Positions 30,772-39,305 of a stretch of DNA of 41,358 nucleotides are shown in pieces. Under the pieces are notes generated by a model that was not told the origin of the DNA, did not search any database, and saw only the letters and a list, made by a program, of their open reading frames with translations. Position 1 is the stretch's first letter. Every line of letters begins with the position of its first letter. The translations under genes were made by a program, and so were the position numbers. The stretch comes from Candidatus Daviesbacteria bacterium RIFCSPHIGHO2_02_FULL_39_12 (GTDB lineage: Bacteria > Patescibacteriota > Microgenomatia > Daviesbacterales > UBA10151): the NCBI GenBank assembly GCA_001777055.1, contig MFCX01000032.1, positions 1-41,358 of the forward strand, in the 5' to 3' direction.

Positions 30772-31686
30772 ATGTTTCCGGTACTTTTCACTATTGCTAA
30801 TATACCCATTTCTTCTTTTGGATTGTTTCTGGCAGTAGGCTTTTTAGTGGGGGTATTTTTAATATGGAGACTGTCAAGAGCTTGGGATTTAAATGAAGAA
30901 AAAATTTTGGATTTAACTTTGCTGACCTTTTTAGGAGGATTAATTGGGGCCAGAGCTTACTTTGTACTGGAAAATTTATCATTTTTTTCTCAAAATCTTT
31001 TAGGGATTATACTGTTTAATAAATTTCCGGGCTTTTCTTTCTGGGGCGCTTTTTTGGGGGGCTGGTTAACTCTTTTTTATTTGGCCAAACGAGCCAAACT
31101 GGACTTTTGGCAACTGGGAGATATTGCCACAATTGGCTTGCTGGGAGGATTAGTTTTTTCGAATTTAGGTTGTTTTCTGGGAGGTTGTAATGTCGGAATC
31201 ATCAGTGATTCATTTTTGGCAGTTAATATGGTAGGAGTTTTAGCTAAAAGATTTCCCGTGCAGGTTTTGGAGTCATTGCTTTTCTTATTTATTTTGTCCT
31301 CTCTTTGGTCTAAAGCCACCCGCTTCCATCAAAATGGTAAGGTTTTGAGTTTGTCTTTAATTTATATCGGAGCAATAAAGCTTTTAACCGGAAATTTAAA
31401 GGATGTTCAAGGCGCCGATACCTTTTTGTCTGCCGTATTGGTGATTTTAGGAGTCAGCATCTTTTATACAGTAACCAGAAGAAACCTGTTTTCGGATTGT
31501 AAGGAGTTTACCGAATTTACCCTCAAACTTTTTACCGATTCTTTAACCCGCAAGAGATATCTGGAAAGCCTAAAGAAATACTGGTATAATAAAAAAACAG
31601 CCCTTTGGTGGAATCTGAGAAACTTAAAGAAAAATTTACAAAAAATCAATGTTAAATTTTCCTACAAAAACAATAAATTACATTAA
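30772..31686 (+). CDS. lgt: prolipoprotein diacylglyceryl transferase
   Basis: MFPVLFTIANIPISSFGLFLAVGFLVG..., LGGLIGARAYF and FPVQVLESLLF (equivalent to HPxQLYE) fit Lgt. I prefer the start at 30772 over the 30685 extension. Confidence 0.85.
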   Translation: MFPVLFTIANIPISSFGLFLAVGFLVGVFLIWRLSRAWDLNEEKILDLTLLTFLGGLIGARAYFVLENLSFFSQNLLGIILFNKFPGFSFWGAFLGGWLTLFYLAKRAKLDFWQLGDIATIGLLGGLVFSNLGCFLGGCNVGIISDSFLAVNMVGVLAKRFPVQVLESLLFLFILSSLWSKATRFHQNGKVLSLSLIYIGAIKLLTGNLKDVQGADTFLSAVLVILGVSIFYTVTRRNLFSDCKEFTEFTLKLFTDSLTRKRYLESLKKYWYNKKTALWWNLRNLKKNLQKINVKFSYKNNKLH

Positions 31687-32014
31687 GAATAATTTGCTCA
31701 GGCAGCAAAAAGAGGTGGAAAAGAATCTGAAAGAAGTATCAGAGGATGATCCGGCTAAACCCCAGATACTGGCGGAAACTTCCGAACCCGGCACGGATGC
31801 TTATATTGCCGATTCCCACATCAAAACAATAGTTTTAGAAAAACAATTAAAAAAAGCAAATAACAGCATTAAAACTGCTTTACAAAGAATCAAACAGGGA
31901 ACTTACGGAAAATGTGATAGATGCGGCCACAACATAGAAATCGGCAGGCTCTTAATTATGCCGATGACATCACTTTGTGTTTCCTGTTCCAAGAAAACCT
32001 CTAAAAGACTTTAA
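31649..32014 (+). CDS. DksA/TraR-family C4 zinc-finger protein
   Basis: GTYGKCDRCGHNIEIGRLLIMPMTSLCVSC gives CxxC-N17-CxxC after a coiled-coil region. Confidence 0.85.
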   Translation: MLNFPTKTINYIKNNLLRQQKEVEKNLKEVSEDDPAKPQILAETSEPGTDAYIADSHIKTIVLEKQLKKANNSIKTALQRIKQGTYGKCDRCGHNIEIGRLLIMPMTSLCVSCSKKTSKRL

Positions 32015-32358
32015 TCTTTTTGCCAGGGCAAACGGGCTTTAGGATTACTCCAGAAACTGGCCAGGTATGCCCCAACCGCGAATCCGCCTGTCAGAAACAC
32101 CCAAAGGTTTATTCCGCTTAAATCAGCATTCCAGGGCAAAGTTAATCCGCCGCTGCCTGTTGCCGCTCCTAATACATACAACCCTAAGACTATATTTGTA
32201 AATGCCCAAACCACATTTAACACCGGTGAAGAAACCCTTTTAAAGGGTGTCATATGAGTCTGGCCGGTAATGCCTTTAACTAAATGCGGGACAGAGTTAA
32301 AAAGAAAAAACCCTGCCACAAAATACCAAAGAAGTTCCAATTTTTCACCCCCTTTCAT
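32011..32358 (-). CDS. small membrane protein (115 aa)
   Basis: ATG start and 3-4 hydrophobic segments. It converges on the dksA-like gene with a 4-nt overlap. Confidence 0.55.
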   Translation of the reverse strand: MKGGEKLELLWYFVAGFFLFNSVPHLVKGITGQTHMTPFKRVSSPVLNVVWAFTNIVLGLYVLGAATGSGGLTLPWNADLSGINLWVFLTGGFAVGAYLASFWSNPKARLPWQKD

Positions 32359-32399
32359 TCCGCTGCTTATTCCATCATGGTCATAACTTTAACCATTTG

Positions 32400-32465
32400 T
32401 CAACAGCCCTAAATTAATCCTGGTATTGGAATGCATATCTCCTTCAACCTGTATCCAGGATGGTT
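32400..32465. repeat. R1: orphan copy of the surface-protein gene 3' end (cassette boundary repeat)
   Basis: The 39-nt core at 32421-32459 differs by 1 nt from R3/R4. On the minus strand it reads WIQVEGDMHSNTRINLG, with a stop two codons upstream. Confidence 0.75.
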
Positions 32466-32476
32466 AAGATTTTATG

Positions 32477-32505
32477 TTGACTCCAGTCAAGTTTTATGAT
32501 AATAT
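32477..32505 (+). promoter_or_regulatory. candidate promoter of the AAA+ ATPase gene with flanking inverted repeat
   Basis: TTGACT (32477-32482), a 17-nt spacer, then TAATAT (32500-32505). TTGACTCCA (32477-32485) and TGGAGTCAA (32514-32522) are reverse complements. GGAG lies 7 nt before the ATG at 32526. Confidence 0.4.
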
Positions 32506-32525
32506 TTTTTGAGTGGAGTCAAAAT

Positions 32526-33737
32526 ATGGATATACTGATTGAAATTTACCACCGTCTTTTAAAAGAGACAGTGCCTTTATACAGAAGGAAATTTTACGAT
32601 GATTTTCAAATGGACAGCCGATTTGTCGGTGTCATCGGGGCCAGAGGAGTAGGTAAAACTACCTTTCTTGTAAACTACTTAAGGGATAATTATCTCAATT
32701 CTCAGCAAGCTTTATATATATCAGCAGATAATCTTTATTTTGTTGAACATAATCTTTTTGGGACAGTTGACCGGTTTGTTAAAGAATTTAATGGTCAGAT
32801 TATCTGCATTGATGAAATTCATAGATATAAAGATTGGGAGCAAGAGCTAAAGAATATTTATGATTCTTTTCCTAGGCTATCCGTGATTTTCTCGGGTTCC
32901 TCAAGTATTAATCTGGCTCACGGTAAAACTGATTTATCCAGAAGACTGGTTTTAAAAACTATGTATGGTTTTTCTTTCCGGGAATTTCTGGAAGTACAAA
33001 CTCATAAATCATATCCTTTGCTAACCTTTGATAATCTGATTGGTGATTATTACCGGTATGCTCAAAATTTTGCCCAAACGCCAAAGCTTTTGGGGTACTT
33101 AAAAGAATACCTGAAACAAGGCTACTATCCCACATTTCTCGAGCTTAAAAGCTATGAAAGCTATCAAAATACCCTCCAAAATATTGTTGATAAAGTTATC
33201 TACGAAGACATTAGCAGTTTTTATTCCCTTCACACATCAAATCTTGAGACTCTTAAAAAAATTATTTACTTTTTCGCAACTTCCCAGCCCGGCAGTATTA
33301 ATATAAACAGATTGGCCCAGAATCTAAAAAAAGATCATACAACCATTGCAGAATATATTCAAATCTTAAAAGATACAGGACTTTTACGCTTTCTTTTAAA
33401 AAACAAACAGGGATATGCTTTAGTGCGGGATGCTGAGAAAATATTCCTTGACAATACCAATCTTTTATATGCTTTAAACAGAGAAATAGGCAAAGAGCCC
33501 CCAACCGGTCTGATGCGTGAGATGTTTATTGTTTGCACTCTCCAAAATGCCGGATACTTTGTATTCTCAAAAGAGTCAGCAGATATTGAATCCGGCGGTT
33601 ATTATTTTGAAATCGGAGGAAAAAACAAAACTTCTGCTTTTATTCAAAAAAGCAGAAAAGGCTACATAATTAAAGATGATATTTTGATCGGAGATAAGAA
33701 AAACATCCCCCTTTACTTATTTGGGTTTCTCTCCTGA
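32526..33737 (+). CDS. AAA+ superfamily ATPase (COG1373-like, AAA_14 + DUF4143-type architecture)
   Basis: Walker A GARGVGKTT and Walker B-like ICIDEIHRY. The length and C-terminal part fit this family. The start is placed at 32526 because the promoter elements lie inside the longer ORF. Confidence 0.8.
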   Translation: MDILIEIYHRLLKETVPLYRRKFYDDFQMDSRFVGVIGARGVGKTTFLVNYLRDNYLNSQQALYISADNLYFVEHNLFGTVDRFVKEFNGQIICIDEIHRYKDWEQELKNIYDSFPRLSVIFSGSSSINLAHGKTDLSRRLVLKTMYGFSFREFLEVQTHKSYPLLTFDNLIGDYYRYAQNFAQTPKLLGYLKEYLKQGYYPTFLELKSYESYQNTLQNIVDKVIYEDISSFYSLHTSNLETLKKIIYFFATSQPGSININRLAQNLKKDHTTIAEYIQILKDTGLLRFLLKNKQGYALVRDAEKIFLDNTNLLYALNREIGKEPPTGLMREMFIVCTLQNAGYFVFSKESADIESGGYYFEIGGKNKTSAFIQKSRKGYIIKDDILIGDKKNIPLYLFGFLS

Positions 33738-33746
33738 ATATTTTAA

Positions 33747-33812
33747 CTTTTCCATTCTCAATTCTCCATTCTCAATTCCTATGGCGGTCCTCCGGATAGG
33801 TTAATTTTGGTA
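33747..33812. repeat. R2: partial copy (distal half) of the boundary repeat, with an internal 14-nt duplication
   Basis: ccattctcaattct-ccattctcaattcctatggcggtcctccggataggttaattttggta matches the first half of R3. The minus strand reads ...KINLSGGPP*. Confidence 0.7.
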
Positions 33813-33838
33813 AAAGTTGCTTATGTTAAAATGATTTT

Positions 33839-34195
33839 ATGGACGAGGGATGGAAAATAGAGTATTATAAAACTACCGGTAAAAAATCTCCTGTGGAAGA
33901 ATTCATCTTTAGCTTAGATGTTAAAGCACAAAATAAAATTGTTGATATGCTAACTTTACTGAAAGAATTCGGGATTACTTTAAGTCTGCCTCACGTTAAG
34001 AAAGTAACCGGAACTTCTTTGTGGGAACTTAGAATTTTAGGCAGTAACAATTTTAGATTCTTTTATATCGTTCAGACAGGAAAGATTTTTCTGCTGCTGC
34101 ATGGATTCCAAAAGAAAAAACAAAAAACTGACCAAAGGAAGATAGATATAGCTCTTAAGAGATTAGCTGAGTATCAACTAAGATCTGGAAATTAA
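33839..34195 (+). CDS. RelE/ParE-superfamily toxin, HigB/Gp49-like
   Basis: About 118 aa, with SPVEEFI...LWELRI...FRFFY...LLLHGFQKKKQKT typical of Gp49/HigB-like toxins. It is followed by an XRE antitoxin (toxin-first order). Confidence 0.8.
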   Translation: MDEGWKIEYYKTTGKKSPVEEFIFSLDVKAQNKIVDMLTLLKEFGITLSLPHVKKVTGTSLWELRILGSNNFRFFYIVQTGKIFLLLHGFQKKKQKTDQRKIDIALKRLAEYQLRSGN

Positions 34196-34232
34196 CACTT
34201 GTAATATTACAATTTTGTGATATTATTCAATC

Positions 34233-34505
34233 ATGGACGATTTTGAAAAAATGAAAAAAAGATTGCTTAAAAACCCTGAGTTTAAAAAACTCTACGAAGA
34301 TAGTCGGCCTGAGTTCGAGATTGCAAGGGCAGTTATCCGTGCTCGTATAGAAAAGGGTTTGACACAAAAGCAGCTGGCAGAGAAATTGCATACAGGGCAA
34401 TCAGTAATTTCTCGTGTTGAAAGAGCCAATACTACACCATCTTTATCATTCCTCAAAAGACTCGCATCAGCCTTAAATACAACCCTTCAGGTGCAATTTA
34501 AGTAA
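34233..34505 (+). CDS. XRE-family HTH antitoxin (HigA-like)
   Basis: GLTQKQLAEKLHTGQSVISRVERANTTPSLSFLKRLASAL is a classic Cro/C1-type HTH. Confidence 0.85.
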   Translation: MDDFEKMKKRLLKNPEFKKLYEDSRPEFEIARAVIRARIEKGLTQKQLAEKLHTGQSVISRVERANTTPSLSFLKRLASALNTTLQVQFK

Positions 34506-34523
34506 AAGTGTATAAATTCTTTC

Positions 34524-34636
34524 CCTTTTCCATTCTCAATTCCTATGGCGGTCCTCCTGACAGATCAATTTTGGTATTGGAATGCATATCTCCTTCCACC
34601 TGTATCCAGGACTGCCATGGGGGGGCAATAACTGTA
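34524..34636. repeat. R3: full orphan copy of the surface-protein gene 3' end
   Basis: The 39-nt core at 34572-34610 is identical to R4. The minus strand reads PPWQSWIQVEGDMHSNTKIDLSGGPP*. There is an internal inverted repeat ATGGCGGTCCT (34545-34555) / AGGACTGCCAT (34608-34618). Confidence 0.8.
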
Positions 34637-34645
34637 TGAGATATA

Positions 34646-34674
34646 TTGACAAATCTTATGAATAGAGGTACATT
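34646..34674 (+). promoter_or_regulatory. candidate promoter of the abiE-like pair
   Basis: TTGACA (34646-34651), a 17-nt spacer, then TACATT (34669-34674). Confidence 0.3.
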
Positions 34675-34718
34675 GATTAATGTAACTTAACAAAAATGTT
34701 AAGTATATATAACTAACT

Positions 34719-35417
34719 ATGGATTTAATCGCAGCTCAAACATTAAGCCAAAAACTCCAAATTAGTCTAGAACAGGTAGTGCGGGAAGAGTATGAAATAC
34801 TGCTTCTTAAAGAAATTTTTGAAAGTGAATTTGGTGCCAATTTGGTTTTTAAAGGTGGTACAGCTTTGAGATTGGTATACAACTCGCCGCGCTTTTCAGA
34901 GGATTTGGATTTTACTTTGATAAAAGATTTTGACAGGGAGGGATTTATTTCTGAAGGAAAGAACTCATTCACTAGTTTTTTAAAAGAACTTGAGCATACA
35001 TACCCGGCAATCATATCTGTCGAGGCAAAAGAGAAATATTACACAATTTTTGGCTTAATTAAGATTAAAGAAGATTATCTAAATCTTGCTTTTTCAATTA
35101 AAGTTGAAGTTTCTAAGAGGAAAGGGGAATGGATAAAAGATAAAGATTATAGCGACAAGATTATTAGAAGTGAGGTAACGCCTTTAACTGTTTTAGTTCA
35201 GGTAGCGCAGCTTGAGCGGATACTTGAGGAAAAAGAAGATGCCATTAAAAACAGAAAAGCGCCCAGGGATATTTTTGATTACTGGTACATCAACCAGCTG
35301 TTGAAGAAGGAAGTAAAAGTAAGATTTGAGGGTTACGATAAAACACACACTAAGGCGGAGCTGCACAGGTTACTATCAAGAACATATTGGAGGATTATTG
35401 ATTCATGGTTAGAGTGA
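34719..35417 (+). CDS. AbiEii/AbiGii-family nucleotidyltransferase toxin (DUF1814-like), short form
   Basis: LVFKGGTALRLVYNSPRFSEDLDFT matches the conserved N-terminal NTase motif of AbiEii toxins. Confidence 0.78.
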   Translation: MDLIAAQTLSQKLQISLEQVVREEYEILLLKEIFESEFGANLVFKGGTALRLVYNSPRFSEDLDFTLIKDFDREGFISEGKNSFTSFLKELEHTYPAIISVEAKEKYYTIFGLIKIKEDYLNLAFSIKVEVSKRKGEWIKDKDYSDKIIRSEVTPLTVLVQVAQLERILEEKEDAIKNRKAPRDIFDYWYINQLLKKEVKVRFEGYDKTHTKAELHRLLSRTYWRIIDSWLE

Positions 35418-36079
35418 ATAACTTCTTCTCTGCGAGAAAAAGACCTAAAGATATTGAACTGATTAAAAAGCTAAGAGGCTTTGACAAGTCTTATTTTACT
35501 GTAGCTGATTTAGAAAAAGTGTTGAATCTTAAAAGGAGCAGTCTTTATGTGACTTTAAATAGGTTGGTCAAATCAGGGGTGTTGGTTAGATTGGGAAAAG
35601 ACCTTTATTCGCCTTTCACAGAGGCTCCTGATATAGAAAAGATCGCCAACGAGCTATATTTTCCTTCTTACCTATCTTTCGAACAAGCATTATCCCAATA
35701 TGGTATTTTATCGCAAATTCCTTATGTCAAAACCTTTGCTACCATCAGGCCTACTAAAAAAATGGTTATTGCCGGCGTAGATGTAGAGTTTAGCCATTTG
35801 AAAAAACAGCTATTTTTTGGCTATAATCTCAGGAACGGTAAATATATTGCCGAGAAGGAAAAAGCATTACTAGATCAACTCTATATGGTAAGTATGGGCA
35901 AAAGGAGTATTAACATTGAGGAATTGGATATAAGAGATATCAACAAACTTAAGTTGGAAGATTATGCTAGAAAATTTCCTGCCCAGATGAAACCTTTGCT
36001 TAGTCGGATAAAAAAATACATGGGAACTACACCTGTGACACTTGAGGGTGAGGGGAGGATAGTTTGGGGCAAACGATAA
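35405..36079 (+). CDS. AbiEi-like antitoxin / wHTH transcriptional regulator
   Basis: The N-terminal wHTH YFTVADLEKVLNLKRSSLYVTLNRLVKSGVLVRLGKDLY resembles AbiEi_4-type antitoxin domains. It overlaps the NTase gene by 13 nt. Confidence 0.65.
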   Translation: MVRVNNFFSARKRPKDIELIKKLRGFDKSYFTVADLEKVLNLKRSSLYVTLNRLVKSGVLVRLGKDLYSPFTEAPDIEKIANELYFPSYLSFEQALSQYGILSQIPYVKTFATIRPTKKMVIAGVDVEFSHLKKQLFFGYNLRNGKYIAEKEKALLDQLYMVSMGKRSINIEELDIRDINKLKLEDYARKFPAQMKPLLSRIKKYMGTTPVTLEGEGRIVWGKR

Positions 36080-36085
36080 GGTTAT

Positions 36086-36175
36086 CTGTTCTCAATTCCT
36101 AAGGTCCTCCTGATAAATCAATCCTGGTATTGGAATGCATATCTCCTTCCACCTGTATCCAGGGCTGCCATGGGG
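36086..36175. repeat. R4: boundary repeat forming the actual 3' end of the 848-aa surface-protein gene
   Basis: The core is at 36125-36163. It encodes ...SPWQPWIQVEGDMHSNTRIDLSGGP*. Confidence 0.8.
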
Positions 36176-38645
36176 AAATAACATTAAAAGTTTTAGATAC
36201 ACAGTTGTTATTCTCACTGGTTTCAGTAATGACTCTACTAGTATCAGCGCAAAAATATACAGTATGATTTCCAGCAGTAGCTGCCCTTGGGCCATATCCA
36301 TTTGCGGCCGAGCTATAATTAGTGGTTTGTCCGGCATTAAGGTACCAGTTAATATCGAAACTGGCACGTATGGCATCAATGTTAGTGGTATAGCAATTGG
36401 TTTCAGTACCTGCATCCCGACAAAAGTGGCTGTAAAAATAACCCGCATTACTTATTCCGTTATTGAGTAAGGTAGCCATAAAATATAGACTATCACCAGC
36501 ATAAATATTGCCTTCATCTGGAATAGGTGTTAACTCACTGCCTCTGTATATATTGATTGTCGGATCTGGATCAAGATCAGGAAGAGGAGCAGGAGCAATT
36601 GTAAAAGGAACTTCTCTACTGCAATTATCGGAATAACTTGTTTCAGCAAAACGATTAGTTGCATTAGCACAGATTTTAAACGCATAATTTCCAGCACTTT
36701 GCAAAGAATTGCTGTTTGTTCCATTTAAGTCATCCCATCGTTCATTTTCTTCGCCTGTTCTTTTTGTTAGATTGTCCGTAGTTTTATCAAAAGGCACTTG
36801 ATAAAATGAGGTATCGCTGCCAGTTGTTTTTTTGATATAAAGCCTGGTTATTGAACTAGGGGCATTTAATCCCCAGCCTTGTTCTTTAACAGTTCCCCAG
36901 AAACTCATATTACCGCCTAATTCAGAATTTGCAGGAGAAAAGCCGGGTTCAACAACGACCAAATTAGGAGGGCATTGCTGCGCAGAGGAAATCCAACCAC
37001 TGGATGGCGAAGAAGCTTCCCAAGCATCATCATAATTATAACCTCTAATTAGCAGAGAATGATAGGTAGCATTGTTACTAGTATTATATATTTCTAAGTC
37101 ATTATAAGCATAGCTTCTGTTAGCAGCTCCTGATATATCTGTATCATATCTACAGCCGTTGCGGGCATCTCCGGTATTATCAGTACCTCTAAAGCATTCC
37201 CGCCCTATAGCATCAGTAAAAGAAAAGTCAATCCAGGCTTTATAGTGATGGAAAGCATAGTTATTATTGTCAGATGTTGTCCAGTTAACACCAATATTCA
37301 ATCTATTATCATCATAAGGAGGCCCGCATGAAGGATTATACTCAAGAGATACAAAGTCCCCTGTTGCTCCAGTTGTGACTACACCACCTATCTGTCCAGT
37401 TCCGGGTGCCGGATTTGAAAAAGATGTGAGGCAGGTTGTTATTACTGGTGGTGATGTTGTTGGATTTACATAATCGCCATCTATGGCAGATTTAATTTTT
37501 GTCTCAAGTGTCCCATTTGACGTATATTCTACACAATTCATAGTTCTTGTTAGAGAGGTTCTAGAAGAAGGATCATTTAACATACTGCTAGTTCCATCCT
37601 TACCCAGCCTCCAACTAATCTCTGCATATGAAGGTATATTATTAATTGTGACAGTGCCAATTACATTTTTGCCAATTGGCTCATTGAGAGCATTTTTACA
37701 GTCTGTGCCGGTAGGGACTGCGGTTACCGTACAGTTGGGAGTGGTTGGTGGGGGGGCAGCAGTTAAATCTAAACTAAATTCAGTATAATGTGACACACTG
37801 TTGTCTGCGGCTGTGCCTGTAACCTTGATAGTACGGTTGCCTGTGGTAGCAGTGCTGCTGGCAGTTATAGTTAGTGTGCTGGAACAGGTATCACTAGGAG
37901 TACAGGAGGTGGGAGAAAAGGAAAATGTCACGCCGCTACCGCTTAAGGTAGAGGCAGCTAGGGAAACACTTTGGGTAGTGCCTTGACTGCGGGTTATGGA
38001 AATGCTGTTTGTGACAGATGATCCTTGCTGGACGGTTTTATCTCCACCATTACTTAAACTGAAATTAAATGGAGGGGTTATTTCAGCCCCAGTACAGTCG
38101 TTGGTAGTTGTCTGGTATATGCTCCCTGTAATAATTGCATTGCGTTCCGAATCAAAATCACGTTCATCCGGGTCAGGCCCCAGGTCTGCCTGTACCTTGC
38201 CGCAAGGGTAACCAGGGTCGCTGATATTAAAAGTAAAGCTGTTATATGGCAGCGCATTTGTCCCTGCAGCGGGAACAGTATAATTGAAAACTGTTGCATA
38301 CTGGAGGTTGTTATAATCAGTGCTATTAGGGCTACAGTCTCCTCCGGCTCTGTTCTTACACCAAAAAGCGGAAAATCTTAAATTTACATTATTGTTTGTT
38401 TCATAACCTAAATAAGAGGTACTGGTATCATATCTGCAATAACTCCCGTCAGGATTTAAAACTGTTTTAAATCCTATTCTTGCAGTCCAATTTTTACCGT
38501 TTGTGCCGGTAACACCGGGAATTGTATCTGTTGCATCATTAAACTGTCCGCATAGACCTCTCCACCCCTGATTTTCTGCATATGAAGTTTTGGGCAGAAT
38601 AAATAATAAGGTTATTAGTAATAGGAGCTTGATTATTTTTTTCAT
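36099..38645 (-). CDS. large secreted Cys-rich surface protein with Ig-like/CARDB-like repeats
   Basis: Signal peptide MKKIIKLLLLITLLFILPKTSYA. It has a Thr/Ser-rich Ig-like module (TLTITASSTATTGNRTIKVTGTA), a PPPTTP linker, and two C-terminal modules with the CARDB-like pattern (GNYAFKICANATN...SDNC; GNHTVYFCADTS...NNNC). Confidence 0.8.
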   Translation of the reverse strand: MKKIIKLLLLITLLFILPKTSYAENQGWRGLCGQFNDATDTIPGVTGTNGKNWTARIGFKTVLNPDGSYCRYDTSTSYLGYETNNNVNLRFSAFWCKNRAGGDCSPNSTDYNNLQYATVFNYTVPAAGTNALPYNSFTFNISDPGYPCGKVQADLGPDPDERDFDSERNAIITGSIYQTTTNDCTGAEITPPFNFSLSNGGDKTVQQGSSVTNSISITRSQGTTQSVSLAASTLSGSGVTFSFSPTSCTPSDTCSSTLTITASSTATTGNRTIKVTGTAADNSVSHYTEFSLDLTAAPPPTTPNCTVTAVPTGTDCKNALNEPIGKNVIGTVTINNIPSYAEISWRLGKDGTSSMLNDPSSRTSLTRTMNCVEYTSNGTLETKIKSAIDGDYVNPTTSPPVITTCLTSFSNPAPGTGQIGGVVTTGATGDFVSLEYNPSCGPPYDDNRLNIGVNWTTSDNNNYAFHHYKAWIDFSFTDAIGRECFRGTDNTGDARNGCRYDTDISGAANRSYAYNDLEIYNTSNNATYHSLLIRGYNYDDAWEASSPSSGWISSAQQCPPNLVVVEPGFSPANSELGGNMSFWGTVKEQGWGLNAPSSITRLYIKKTTGSDTSFYQVPFDKTTDNLTKRTGEENERWDDLNGTNSNSLQSAGNYAFKICANATNRFAETSYSDNCSREVPFTIAPAPLPDLDPDPTINIYRGSELTPIPDEGNIYAGDSLYFMATLLNNGISNAGYFYSHFCRDAGTETNCYTTNIDAIRASFDINWYLNAGQTTNYSSAANGYGPRAATAGNHTVYFCADTSRVITETSENNNCVSKTFNVISPWQPWIQVEGDMHSNTRIDLSGGP

Positions 38646-39247
38646 TTGGCTTGGCTTGTAAAATCAATATCTCCAACAGAGATTATTTGATCCCGATTGT
38701 CTGTCAACAGAAATATTAAATTATTATTGTCATAAGTGGTGATTAATTCTTTTGGTACTTTGGTGATTTCCTCACCCTGTTTATACTGATGTTTTATATC
38801 AGGATTGCCTTTAATAAAGTAAAAGGCTTTAAGATTTTTGTCTTTATTAACCAACTCTATCTGAAGGAAAGTTTCATTGTTTGGTTTGGCTGCCACAGAT
38901 CTGGTCCGCAATATTATCTCTCCATCAAAAACAGCATAAATTGGAGTGTTTGCTTCAAGTTTTGCTCCCAGGCCCCAAAAAGCTTTATCCTTAATAACCG
39001 GTTTTGCGCCGGAGCAAAATACAGCTGAAGACGGACAGGGTAACTGGATTTTCGGCTTAACCGAAGGTAAGACAGAAGGTTGAGTAGTTGGTGGTTGTTT
39101 AGGCAATATTGGTGGGCGGATAAGCGCGTAAATGATTATGAATACAGGGCTGACCGCCAGCAGGATAATAAATAACTTTTTTATTACAGGCGGTATTTTT
39201 CTTTGGGATTGAATCACGAGTACCTCCGGCTGCGGGTCATCGGCCAT
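38642..39247 (-). CDS. membrane-anchored hypothetical protein (201 aa)
   Basis: One N-terminal TM segment after a short cytoplasmic tail. It has a 4-nt overlap with the surface-protein gene. Confidence 0.6.
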   Translation of the reverse strand: MADDPQPEVLVIQSQRKIPPVIKKLFIILLAVSPVFIIIYALIRPPILPKQPPTTQPSVLPSVKPKIQLPCPSSAVFCSGAKPVIKDKAFWGLGAKLEANTPIYAVFDGEIILRTRSVAAKPNNETFLQIELVNKDKNLKAFYFIKGNPDIKHQYKQGEEITKVPKELITTYDNNNLIFLLTDNRDQIISVGDIDFTSQAK

Positions 39248-39305
39248 GTCAGCTTACATTGTAGAAGGATTTGCTCTAAAATGTCAAACAACAATTCAGC
39301 GCTTT

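Noticed and set aside
32400-36175. Interpreting the repeat-bounded module array as a canonical integron.
   Set aside because: No intI-type tyrosine recombinase or attI is present. The repeats lack clear R''/R' GTTRRRY boxes; the nearest matches are GTTAATT and GTTATTG. They also have coding-sequence ancestry. I kept it as a finding under a broader repeat-mediated insertion hypothesis instead.
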